Assembly (NCBI GenBank): GCA_049999805.1
Contig: JBNGIO010006101.1
Span: 102,684 to 136,359 of the forward strand
DNA: 33,676 nt
Source of the DNA: Folioceros fuciformis
Taxonomy: Eukaryota
Direction: 5' to 3'
Of the stretch, positions 10,783 to 22,520 are shown in pieces (position 1 is the stretch's first letter; the number at the start of each line of letters is the position of its first letter). The notes beneath the pieces were generated by a model, which worked only from the letters and a program-made list of their open reading frames with translations, was not told where the DNA came from and made no database searches. A program made the position numbers and the translations under genes.

Positions 10783-13700
10783 ATGGCGCAGCCCTCCAAC
10801 GACGCTGAGCCCTTCACCCGCCGTCCTACTGCATCGACGCAAAGTCCTGCCAGCCGGTGAGCTGCCTGCAGTTTCTTTCATGTTCGGTGATTGGGTGGCT
10901 TTGTGCAATTCGTCCTACGCATTCCTCCAATTACGTGTGACTGTCTTCAGCAGCAGGACTCACATTTCTCTAGGTTAGAAGATGCATTTTTTTTTTGACA
11001 AGTAGAGATCATGATTGTGTGGAATTTCAGCCCGGAGACAGGGATCACCAGTAGTTTAATTGAGCGTGCTCAGGGAGCTCTTTACGTAGGGCCACCTCGC
11101 AGGACAATCGGTAATGACGACGCTATATTCGATCACAATAATCCGAAAATTAAGGAAGTGAGTGTCGTGACATGGCTGCAACTACTGTATGTCCGGCCAT
11201 GGTTTGCGGGAGGAGCACCGTAGTATGTGACGGGCTTATGTGACGGGTGTAAATGCAGGATATTCTGAAGATGATAACTCAGTATCTTCAGGATGAAGGC
11301 TATTTTGCTTCCATGATGATTGTCCAGGATGAAGCAAATGTGAAGATCAATGAACAGGTTCGGAATCGCTCACATTTCAAGCGCATCAAGGCTGCTATTC
11401 TTGGTACTTAACATCTATCTGTAGCCAGTGCAAGTTTTCGCCCAGCGCAGTACACAGTTGTTGGTGTTGTTGAAATTTGTCTGTGCTTGATGCTCCGTAG
11501 ATGGGGAATGGGCAGAGGTGGAGAAGATGGTTCAGAAGACTCCCCTGAAAGATCACAAGACTTTTTTGTACAACGTGTACAAGGAGCAGTTTCTAGAGCT
11601 CATTGATCAATTTGAGGGCCAGAAGGTGAGATGGCTTCTTGTCTAGGAACAGTTGCACTGCAACAAAGACAAATTTTCATCATGGTCCGTGAGCTGGATA
11701 GGCTGGCTAAACGTTCAATGGCAGGCGTTCTCCCTTCTTACGAAGAGGCTGAAGCCCTTGGAGCAAGTAGGGGCTCAAAATAATGACTTCAAGAATTTGT
11801 GCTATCTCTTGACCTGCAAGTGTATACAAGATGCACCTCTCAACTGGGAAGGTGTAGCAGCGTCAAGGTAATTCCTCCCATCCTTTCAGGTTGAGTAGTG
11901 ACATTGTAACCTGGCAAGGCCTGTTTAGCTGAACGTAGCTTGTTGTCTACGATGTTTCTCAGAGAGAAGCTGGTGGAGCAGTTCTCGTCCATGCTAGAGA
12001 TGGAGAATAGTGACTTTGAAGGTAGCGATTCTGGAGACGAATTGTGCAGTTTGTTTTTCTACATACTTGGAAGGAAAGTGAACTTTGCAGGCACTGGCAT
12101 TGTGTGCAGTGGCTAGACAAGAGATGCAGCAACATCGCTTGCTGCATATGTTGAAGCAGGCGGTGCGCTACCAGATTGAGTTCAGTAGATATCATCCAAA
12201 AGTCATCCCTAATGTTCCAACGTATGGACCTCGTTACCTTGGCTTCTAGTGCACCTCACAAGTAGCTTTTGAGTTGTTGCCAGAGTGCTCCTAGTTGATT
12301 TCTGAGTTGGAGCTTTGGAAATATTGATCAGCTTCTGCTTCTTGGCAGGGCCATTTTGTGGGGTCTAGCGGCATTCATCTGCCTGGTGCTGCTCTGTGCA
12401 CAGATTGCTGGAGGACTACTCATGCTTTATTCTGCCGAACGCCCACAAAACTACATTTAGAGGCCACCGGAGCAACGTGAAGTGCGTCTTTAATTGTGGC
12501 TTCTTGGTTGATGTCTGCTTTGCCTCCCATCTATCCAGTAACAGTTGCATCTTCTGATATGTTTACAATGAAATGACTGGCAGGTGCGTCGATTTTGTTG
12601 GAGAAGAGGGCTCAATGTTGGTGTCTGGCTCAAGGTGAGTGCTGTTTGTGCACCTAGCTTGGGCAATCCTGGAAGCCATGAATATGATTTAAGGTGGGCG
12701 TCTTTGCTTTACACTTGCGGCAGAATGTGCTTCACATTTTTGTTGTCTATTGTGCAAAGTGACAATACCCTCCAGCTGTGGGATGTGGAGAGTGGGAACC
12801 ATCTTCGTGTACTTGGCGATGGTGCTGGTGGCACGGGAAATGGGCACACATCTCGTGTCTGGGATGTAACATCCAATACCACTGGGGACTTGATTATTAG
12901 TGCCTCCGGGGACTCCACCATCAAGGTATCTGTACAGCCTCTCGCTATTCTCTTATCAGTTTGTCTCGTTCCGTATCAGCAGGGTGGCTTCTCCCGCTTT
13001 CCCCTGGTTCAGTCATGGGTACTAACCAGTTTGGAATGTCTGCAGCTTTGGAATCTTGGTGGAACAGCGAAATTCGCTTGTTCATCGACCCTTTTGGGCC
13101 ATGAGGGTGATGTGTACAGTGCAAAATTTCACCATTCCAATGTCAGCTTGTCCCATATGGCATTCACGTTTTTGTCACTGTTGAAGAATCAAATGCAACA
13201 TGGCCTCTGATTTAGTTGCTAATCCCTGCAGAACTTTGTTGTGACTGGAGGATACGACAAGACAGTGCGACTGTGGGACTTGCATTCAGGGACATTAGTC
13301 AGGACTTTCAGTGGACATAATTCAGCTGTGTCTCGCGTGATTTTCAATCCTTTGGGCAACCTTGTCATCAGTGGGTCGGTCCTTGTGTGCTGAAGTTCTT
13401 TTGACAGCTTCTTCTTAATCGAATTCCCCTTTTCACCTACTGATATTCAACGGTTTCAGTTCGAAGGACAGCACGATCAAATTCTGGGACGTAGTGAGTG
13501 GTGTTTGTATCAAAACATACAGCTCGCACCTTGGAGGTGACTGCAGGTCCCAATAATTCTCCCCGTGGGTTCTCGTCGATGGGCTTTACTGATTTTTTGT
13601 ACATGAAACTACAGAAGTAACTTCAGTTGAGATGAACAAAGCTGGAAGCCTTCTTCTGAGCGGCTCTAAGGACAACTCGAACCGTCTTTGGGATGTTCGG

Positions 13701-14272
13701 CTGGTCTGTTTCTGTACCCTGAAATGATACGAGAGGCTTGGCTCTGTTTGCTTACCACGTTCTGTGTGGAAATATTGCAGGCACGTCCAGTAAGAAGGTT
13801 TAAAGGTCACCAGAACACGAGTAAAAACTTTGTCCGAGCAAGTTTCGGACCTGATGAAGCCCTGATTGTTGGTGGATCGGAGGTGAAGTACTTGACCATA
13901 TTTTTCGGGCTCTTATCGGGCTCACCCTTCTCAGGCTTGGCATTAATCCGCCAGCTTCGGTATCTTGCAGGATGGCCTAGTCTTTATTTGGGATGCTGCT
14001 ACAGGTGACGTGTTGCAACGACTGGGCAGCAACAGCTCTCACAGTCATCAGGGTATTGCTTATCGAGCTGTCTGGAATCCGCGCCAGAGCTTATTGGCGA
14101 GGTTAGCAGTCTAGCTTGCAAAATTTGAAGTTGTTACCCTCACTCATTTTTTCAAGTCTGACATTTTCTTCACCATTTTGTCTGTCTATTCAGTTGCTCA
14201 CATGATTCAACAGTCAAGACCTGGTGGTTTGATGACAAGCAGCCTTGGAATCAAGACGACGATGACTTCTGA
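10783..14272 (+). CDS. LisH/CTLH-domain plus WD40-repeat protein (WDR26/WDR47/SMU1-like architecture), multi-exon
   Basis: ATG at 10783 (MAQPSND...). LisH-like DILKMITQYLQDEGYFASMMIVQDEA, CTLH-like IKAAILDGEWAEVEKM...YKEQFLELID, then RLLHMLKQAVRYQ. WD repeats GHRSNVKCVDF...SGSSDNTLQLWD, GHTSRVWDV...SASGDSTIK, GHEGDVYSAKF...TGGYDKTVRLWD, SGSKDNSNRLWD, GHQNTSKNFVRASF. Ends WWFDDKQPWNQDDDDF* (TGA 14270-14272). Confidence 0.9.
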
Positions 14273-14665
14273 GTGCCATGGCCTGTACCATGGGCTCCAA
14301 ATTTGAAGTCACTGTGTAGACTGTCTCTGCAAACTCTGCCTCCATTTCAATGCACCCGTGTTCGCTTTGCTAGGCAAGCATCTAGCACGTTCATCACGGA
14401 GACGTAGCCTCTGTGAGCATTAAACATGTTCTTTTACTCGTCTCACGCACGAAAGAACATCTGGCGGCCAGGGTTATCCTCCCAGGACAATACGATGATT
14501 CACATACATCCCTGGCCACGAATTCTATAACCCATGCTCTGATGGCACTTTCACCTCAAACAGATGAAAACCACATATTCAACTTGTGGCGCCATGGCCT
14601 AGCATTCCTAGCAGTCTCCTTCGTTGAATAATGTACAAACGACGGCCAAGGTGTTCCTGACGTCT

Positions 14666-15133
14666 TCAGTATTCATCGTAATGTATCCCTCCCAGTTTCC
14701 ACACAAGAAACACAGTCCCAAACATGACCAGAGAAATGCTCATAAACGAGACCACAAGAAAAATCGCTTCCTTGGAAACGGTGAACTTGAAAGCATCAGC
14801 CTGGATCTCCTCAGGCGTCCGCTTAGGCTCCTCAAAGATGTTGGACGGCACCAACGGCTGCCCGAATTTGGTAGTCCTGCCTTCCCGCTGGCTCTTCTTG
14901 AACGCATCCAAAACTCTGTTCCCCTGGTTAAACGGGCTCGAAGGCACAGCTGATTTCAACCTCTCAGCCGAAGGCGGCGACAACTTCCCTGGCGTAAACG
15001 GATCCTGCTGATCTTCCGATTTCTGCACTTCCGCGCGCACAAGCACTGACCTCGAGAGCATTCTGCCCCTTCCTTCCCGCGCCGGCAGAGCCAGCACGGT
15101 AGCCAGACGCGCCGCCGACGCCATTACGGCCAT
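14666..15133 (-). CDS. Single-exon uncharacterised protein with a putative chloroplast transit peptide and one C-terminal transmembrane helix
   Basis: MAVMASAARLATVLALPAREGRGRMLSRSVLVRA|E is Ala/Ser/Arg-rich with a VRA cleavage-like site. Hydrophobic AIFLVVSFMSISLVMFGTVFLVW is followed by KLGGIHYDEY*. Confidence 0.75.
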   Translation of the reverse strand: MAVMASAARLATVLALPAREGRGRMLSRSVLVRAEVQKSEDQQDPFTPGKLSPPSAERLKSAVPSSPFNQGNRVLDAFKKSQREGRTTKFGQPLVPSNIFEEPKRTPEEIQADAFKFTVSKEAIFLVVSFMSISLVMFGTVFLVWKLGGIHYDEY

Positions 15134-15572
15134 GCGTCTGATCCGTTTCACACCTCCGCCGAAACAGCCTCTGGTTTCGAAACGTAGGTTCCTGTCCCAC
15201 GTCCAGGAGGTCCGCAGAGCAGAACCCAGACGTTGAGACGTCTCGTGGTTAGAAAACCTTGCAAAACGGAAAACGTTTAACGCGGGAGCATGGCGAGGAC
15301 AACGTGTATGCTCGATGATGGACGAGTCCGAGCCCGAGCCGAGGACAGCCAGCAGATCCACCCGTCCAGCTGCTGCCTTCCTTTACGTCGGTCAGGCTCG
15401 GTCGGCTGATCTCGCTTGCTGTGCGCGCGCAGGCTTGCCCTCGGGTCCTGACTCGCTCTCGGCCCCGGTGACTCCATTGTCTTCTTTTCCGCCGGGCGGC
15501 AATTTCTCGATCTCCGAGGTGCCGGATCTGTCGACCCTTGCTGCCTGTGTTGCTGGATTGCACAATTAGCCG

Positions 15573-15574
<2 letters not shown>

Positions 15575-15610
<36 letters not shown>
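15575..15610. repeat. Poly(A) tract (36 nt) in the divergent promoter region
   Basis: Uninterrupted A run between two divergently oriented genes. Confidence 0.95.
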
Positions 15611-15611
<1 letters not shown>

Positions 15612-16209
15612 AGGCCCTGGATTCTGGGATCGGCGGGATGTGTTAGGATGTTGCTGGCGCTTGGGTAGGTGGCTTGTGTTCTTAGAATTGCCACAGGCAG
15701 GAGTTTGGGAAAGGTTGTGGGATGGCAATGTGCCAAGGTCGTCTGAACCCGTGCACCGCCAGCTGAATAGGTGATTGTTGTGCTGTTTTTGCTTGGTGAA
15801 AGTATGAGTCCGTGTTGTTCAAGAACCTAGGGTCGGGGGACGCGTAGCTGGAGCTGAGAAGGTGCTGGAACTGGAGCTTGAGGTTTAGATTGTCTGGATT
15901 TTCATCTCGTTAGGTGCTTACTTTTTTAGTCCATCCATGCCGCGCCGTCTGGTTCAAACTTGGGGACAACATGTGGAGTTATTCCGCTGTCAGGAAGTGC
16001 ATCTCATTTGCTGAACATTGGGAAGATTACCACAGATCTGATGCGGGACACACCGGCACATCGAGACAGGGCTTGGAACATAGTCACTCGCGGGCATCCC
16101 GGGAATTCTCTGCTATGCTTGGGACTTAGCGCTCTCATACCAAGGCGAATTTCTTGATCTCCAGCGTTGGGAACTCGTCTGCAGTCTACTCCTCCGAAAA
16201 GACACGAAC

Positions 16210-19008
16210 ATGAATGGGATGGTGGAATGCAAGGTGTGCGGGTCGAAGACAGTGCGACAGGTGTCTAAGGCTTATGATGCGCACCAAAACAATCCTGCAA
16301 AGCGGTTTCGCGCTCTCAATGTGTTGTTGGTGGTTGGAGACTGCATACTCATTGGCCTCCAGGTTCGGATCTGAACCAGTGGAGCTTCTTCTGTTTGTGC
16401 CCGAGTGCAACCTAGATTCAATTTCCTGAGACCCAGACTCGTACAGGAATACTCCATCTCCATCTGTCCAGTTCTTCCCCCGAGATGTTTGCCAGCTAGA
16501 ATACAATCGTCAACCATTCTTGCCAGCAACTGGTTGAACATTGTCTGGATGGGCTTGGCAGTTAATGAGTCGATGGTTGTGTCCATGTTCACGTCTCTTG
16601 CAGCCAATTCTCGTCTACATGTCAAAGGTTGATGGCAAGTTCTTGTTCAGCCCAGTGAGTGTCAATTTTTTGACAGAGCTGATGAAGATATTTTTCGCCA
16701 TAGTCATGATTCTGTTCCAGGTATTTATTCAACAACGTGTGTTGATTCAGCTTGCTGTGATCCTCATCTCCTATTTCAAGTTAAGTATTTTACAGTCTTC
16801 CCACAATAGTAGTCCTGGTCAACTTTATTCTTGACCTGTCTGGGCCTTGGGGCGATGGTTTGCAGGTGCGGAAACAAAGGCCTGGCGAGAAGTCTTTGAT
16901 AAACCCAGTTGTTGTCATCCAGGTTCGTCCTTGTTCTTTCTTGAGCCTCTGCTTACTTGAACTTACATTGCATCCTGCTGATATTATGGCTTCCACAGGC
17001 AGCAAGAGCCAACTATCTTCTAGCTGTTCCTGCCTGCTTATATGCTGTCAACAACTACCTGAAGTTTATTATGCAGGTAGGTAGGATAGGCCTTTCTCAT
17101 CACATTGTTTTGTTCTGAAAGACCGCATATTGCCCTGTATGGCGTTGATGTGAAGGATTTTCTGAGGAAATTGGTTTTGTGAATCCTGCAGCTATATTTC
17201 AACCCTGCAACGGTGAAAATGCTGAGCAATCTGAAGGTGAAATCATCAGATCCATGTCCCATTTTTCATCGTCCTCTTTACTTTTTGGATACAAGGATTT
17301 ATGTCCAATAGCCAACCTTGCAGGTTTTGATGATTGCTCTCCTCCTGAAATTGATGATGAAGCGACGATTCACCATTACTCAGGTTTCCAAACTTTTGGC
17401 TCAGTCAGGTTCTTTAAACTGCAAAGAGCTGTATTTCCTGGAACTGTCCTTCGTCGTGAACTACATGATTTCTTACTGAGCAAGGCATGTTTTCTATCAC
17501 AGTGGGAAGCCCTGGTGTTGTTGCTTATTGGAATCAGTGTCAATCAGCTTCATACAACTCCAACTGGGACAACCACTCTTGCAGTCCCTGTTGCATCTAT
17601 TGCTTACGTTTACACCTTGATCTTTGTAAGTTGTTCCTCAGATTATCTCCAAAGAACTTAAGGTCCTGCTGAGATCTTCCGTTTGGGTCACTTTCCTTGT
17701 GGCAATGTGGAGCGTTGATCACTCAGCATTCCTGAACCATTTTTCTGTCGGACTTCAAATTTCTTGGCAGGTCACAGTTCCTTCACTTGCATCAGTGTTT
17801 AACGAGTATGCTCTTAAGAGCCAGTACGAAACAAGTGTCTTCCTGCAGGTAATTTCTAGTCTTGATACACATTTCTATCCCTGAGTTGATTAATAATGTT
17901 GTGTCTCTCGATGTACCTTGACAAAGTTGCGTCACCACATATTTGGGATGTTGTTGATGGGAGCAGAGTCTTTTCCTATATATGTGGGGAGCATTCTTCA
18001 ACTTCTTAGCTCTAATCATAACAACCATCTACCATGGTTAGTTCTTGACATGCACCGATGGTTACGGTCAACATGCCGACGTTTGGAGGAAATTGTTTCT
18101 GTTCCAAGCACTCAAGAAATATTTATCACTAAGGTTTCCTCACATGTATTTGGCATTGCAGGAGGGGACGGTTTCAACATCCTTCAAGGGCATTCAAGGG
18201 CCACTTTTCTGCTTATTGTGAATAACGGAGCGCAAGGCGTCCTGTCCTCTTTCTTTTTCAAGTATGCAGGTAACTGCACACGTCTTTGATCCTTGAGATT
18301 CAAGCTCAGTCTTGTTCTGCCAAAGCTTTCAAGCAATCACTAGAAGCTCATGGATGGCCCTAGGGTATTTGTGATAGATACTTGCTGAGCTGTAGCAATT
18401 ATAGAAATCACGGGTGAATTCGTTCTTGCACAGATGCGATTTTGAAAAAGTACTCCTCAACCGTGGCAACAATATTCACGGGATTAGCGTCTGCAGCTTT
18501 ATTCGGGCATACCTTGACAATCAACTTTGTTTTAGGTGTCACTATTGTCTTCATCTCAATGCACCAGGTGAGGGTCCTATATGAAGATGCCCCGTGCCGA
18601 ATCATCACGCACATATTGTGAAGACGGTATCTCATAGCCGCCTCGTCTTTCGCAGTTTTTCTCAAGTTTGTCTAAAGGCAAGGGTGAACATGACGCAGAA
18701 ACGGAGTCACAGACAGGCTCTTTGATGAAGTATGCCTCACAGTCATTCACCTTCGCACAGTTGTGTTCTCAGTTTTGCTGTCTTTGACCTCCGTTCCCCT
18801 CTTCGCTTAGGTCGAAGGACTCGTCAACTTCGCTGGTGGACATGGCAGCCGGAGCCACACAGGATGTGAGTTTCTTATGCTTTCAGAATTTGGTGCGTTG
18901 CAGCTGGTATTGTAGCAAGAGTTGACAGCAGTTTGGCTGATTGCACTGCAGGCTAGTCATCAGTTGGTCAATCGAGACCGAGAGCGAGAACCACTACTAC
19001 CTAAATAG
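16210..19008 (+). CDS. CMP-sialic acid transporter-like nucleotide-sugar transporter (SLC35A family, At2g43240/At3g59360-like), multi-exon
   Basis: [13 protein letters not shown]...[102 protein letters not shown]...[31 protein letters not shown]. Ends REPLLPK* (TAG 19006-19008). Confidence 0.93.
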
Positions 19009-19453
19009 TTGAACTGAAGGCCACTGTACTTCCTGCAATTGTAAAGTAGTCTTGTACTGGTCTCTGTGTGAGCTGACCAATAAGCACACCAAGGGAGTGA
19101 AGGATAGGAATTTGTTGATATACGTACAAGCAACTACGTTGTAGTGGTTTGGACCTGCAACTTTTGTTGTCACTCAGTGTGTTTAGCCCAATGTGAGGGG
19201 CTAGCATTCTGCTTGAGGACTTTCGTCAGGAAGGCTGGTAGGATTTAGGTCACGACATTCTTGAGACACTTGTGTCCACGGGACACATTCCAACTCGAAC
19301 ACTTTCACTGGAAATTTTCCATCTACCACAACCTTTTTGGACTGTCACCGGATAACCGGCTTCGGTCGACCGGAGGGGTCGGTATTCCTGACTCTCACCT
19401 GAAGCGTCAAAGTACGCAGTGGCTCGACACACTCCTTCGCCCTCAGGCTTCCC

Positions 19454-19533
19454 TGTTGGAAGCATCCGTCGCGTAGCTTCTTGTTGGAAGAATCCGTCGC
19501 GTAGCTTCTTGTTGGAAGAATCCGTCGCGTAGC
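19454..19533. repeat. Tandem repeat, 28-bp unit (tgttggaagaatccgtcgcgtagcttct), about 3 copies
   Basis: Units start at 19454, 19482 and 19510 and are nearly identical. Confidence 0.92.
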
Positions 19534-19969
19534 GTCTTGGTGGGGAGAACGGGTGCCTCACACTTGTATAAGGTGCGCGTTCATATTTTCGTCCATTCCT
19601 GTGCAAATCACGTCAAGGCTCGCAATGTTTGCCAGATTCTCCATTCTTCGGTGAAAGTTCATTGCCCTCTGTTTGCAGAGAGAGCGCCCTTGCCGCACTG
19701 AGAAGAATTTAAACACATGTCGGAGGAGGAAATACCTGCTTACAGTCCCCCGGCAGAAGAAGAGGGATGTTCGGCGCCAGGACCTAACCAACCTCATCCT
19801 TGGGCTGTCGGACTGGACCGGATCGAGCACGGGAGAAGGCGACAACTCCTCTTCCAGTGGCCACTTTTCATGATAATCAGGGACACAGATTAACAAGCCA
19901 GCGCGCCGTGCGGCTGCCAGGCTTTCAATGGAAAGCGCGTGTTCCTCCTCTTCCAGCTCTTCCTCCAAC

Positions 19970-21032
19970 ATGCCTGATTCAAGTCAGAAATGCGAGGCGT
20001 CGAAGCATGTAGGTTTCCCATCCCCCGTTTCCTTTTGCAATTGGTTCTTGATCGCACAAAGCTGTGCGGTGACTGACAAAGGCCCTGTCCATTGCTGTGG
20101 ATCAGGCGGAATCCCGCATGTGCATGTGCACCCTGTGCACTTGCGGCCTTCACCACTGCCCGGTGAAGCACACTTCGTCCTTGATTCACTATTCCAAGGA
20201 TACCATGTCCGAGTACATCCACAAGTATCCCAAATGGCCTCTCCCGGAGCACAAGAAGATTAGGCCTAAGGAGAATCTCAAGAACGATGCTAAATTCGAT
20301 GGAACAACCACGTACTTCTCAGACTTCGACAAGAAGAAACTTCCGGAAAAGGTAACCTACAACAAATCGGGCCCCAGCCTGGAGTATAATATGCCTATGG
20401 GGCAGCACTACAAGGATCCCAATTCTGAGTACGTCGATCGGTACAAGAAACACGCTCTTCCTCCCAAGGTTATTCGCAGGCCTCCAGGTCCAGACCCCAA
20501 CACCGCTCCCTTTGATGACACTACCACCTATAGGAATGACTTCCCCAAGCACCCTAGCTGCGCTAGGGCGTTGATGCGGCCTCAGAACAATGAATACTTT
20601 ACGGGGGCCTTCGACGATCACACCACTTACAAAGTGGACTTCACGGACAAATCCAAGGGAATCAAGCCCGTGAGAAAAGGCCCAGTGCACCAGCTGGTGT
20701 CCTCCGGCCCCTTTTACGGTGTCACCACTCATCAGGCGGACTTCGGGCCCAAGGCTCTGGCTAAGCGAGCCACTCCTGTTATCTATGGGGCCAACGTCTT
20801 TATAGGCAAAGGGCCGTTCGATCCAGAAACAACTTACCACCACGATTACCAGAAATGGAATGTTCCGACGCGCGCCCCGATAAGAAAAGATTGTCTCCCA
20901 AAGAGCGATGCCAAGTTCGATGGTATGTCCATATACACCACCGACTACGTACACGTTCCTGTTATCAACCGATGCCCCGTGCTCTTGCGGCCTAAGCCTA
21001 ACGTCGTTGTCGGAGATCACATATGCTATTGA
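19970..21032 (+). CDS. SAXO: Stabilizer of axonemal microtubules (SAXO/FAM154, MAP6-related) protein; short first exon plus long second exon
   Basis: Exon 1 MPDSSQKCEASKH|gtaggt (an upstream ATG at 19928 is also possible), exon 2 from 20106. N-terminal CMCTLCTCGLHHCP motif and repeated Mn-like motifs FDGTTTYFSDF, FDDTTTYRNDF, FDDHTTYKVDF, FYGVTTHQADF, FDPETTYHHDY, FDGMSIYTTDY at ~34-aa spacing. Confidence 0.9.
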
Positions 21033-21643
21033 CGAGAGCGCACCTGGAGTGAGAGGAGGGTGGCCGCACAAGGTATGCTTGAAGCTTGTCACTAGAAAAC
21101 ACAGCATAAGCTTTTCCTTTGCAGAGACTCTGGTTATGGAGTGATTCGACATGCCTCTGAGAACTGGCCTTGCAAGTCTAGAGGGAGCTTCTGATGCCTT
21201 TTGACAGATTTCTACCTTTACGTGAAAAAGCAAGCCCACCTTCCCGATGATGTACCATACACCAGCCAGATCGCTTGCTTTTTGGTAGTCTGTTAATAGA
21301 CAACTTCATTTATCCCACCTTCCCGACCCACCCATGTACCGTACTTGACAAAGCCGTGGTCAAGTTCTTGGCACACTCTGACCACCAACCTAAACAAGAA
21401 ATGAGTGAAGAGGTTGGTGAACTAGAAGCGCAACAAGGACCAAATTGTAGGACAGACCACCAAACAAGAAAACCACGCAGTATGGAAACCAAGCTATTCG
21501 AGAAAACTATGTCAGGTGGCATATTTCAAATTAGACTCGACCCATAAACACAGAAATAATCATGCCAACCCCAGGGTCGACGGAGTTAACCAATCTAGCT
21601 CTTTACCATACTTGCTCGTGCAAGGGATTTGCCTTCAGCCTCG

Positions 21644-22520
21644 TCACTCAAACTTTTTGATGCGCGCAAGGTCACTCAGCATGCTCTCGATTTGGTTGTC
21701 ATCCAGTCTTCCCTTTTTCTGGAGAAAAGGATCACACGTTACTGCTTGAAGGTCTACAACATGGCAGGCAAAATCATAAGTCTAGGAGGCTTGCAGAACT
21801 TACTGCTATGGATGGCACCAACGCTTTAGCCTCCTCCACTGTTTCAGGACACAGGTTTCCAATCACTCCAACCTACAGTGTCGGTGACAGCAGTGTTACA
21901 TGCCCAGCATACCACTGAACGAAGTGTGACAACAGAATCCTCGTTTTAGACTCCTACCTCGAACTCAGTGAGCTGGTTTCTCACAAGAACTCTGTCAGCT
22001 CATTAAGGCAAGCAACACAACCATGCAACTGTCGCATGCCAGCCACGCAGAATGTCAAGGACGTCTATACAAGGCAGGATACTCTCTAACTTGCTTCACA
22101 GCGTCTGGATTCTGGTACCGGCTGAAGCGCTTGACATACTGCAAAGACTTCTCAAAAACCCTAGCGAACCACATAGCCCAGATACACAGTGTAGTTGTTA
22201 GCCACTGCCAAATTTCCCAACACCATAGCTGCTGCGTCTCGGAGAACCCTAGCCAAGGCCGTACATACTGCGAGACTTGCGACGAGGGATCCTCTGATAG
22301 CGCTTGAAGCTGCTCATACTTCCGCTGCAAGATAAGCGATACCTCCGCGTTCATTAGACATTTGGCCCTGTCAAAATCTGCGGCCACCTCCACGACTTAG
22401 CGAAAACAAGAACCTTAACACGTTGCAGAAACCGCCAGGCAGCGTGGCAGATAATTGACCAGGCCCCAGCTTCAGCTCACTGGCATCTTCGTCCACTGCT
22501 GCTGCCCCTAAAGCAGACAT
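21644..22520 (-). CDS. NRPB4: DNA-directed RNA polymerase II subunit 4 (RPB4), 6 exons
   Basis: MSALGAAAVDEDASELKLGP|DFDRAKCLMNAEVSLILQRKYEQLQ...QVSQ|VFEKSLQYVKRFSRYQNPDAVKQVRE|VLVRNQLTEFE|VGVIGNLCPETVEEAKALVPSI|...LDDNQIESMLSDLARIKKFE*. Confidence 0.95.

Noticed and set aside
15134-15361. 76-aa N-terminal extension of the plastid protein in the ORF track
   Set aside because: It starts at a non-ATG codon, and the transit-peptide-like sequence begins at ATG 15133.
19454-19533. CRISPR-like array (28-bp repeats)
   Set aside because: The units are head-to-tail with no spacers, there are no cas genes, and the context is eukaryotic.
20319-21239. 306-aa minus-strand ORF
   Set aside because: It is the antisense shadow of the SAXO exon and has no recognisable motifs.
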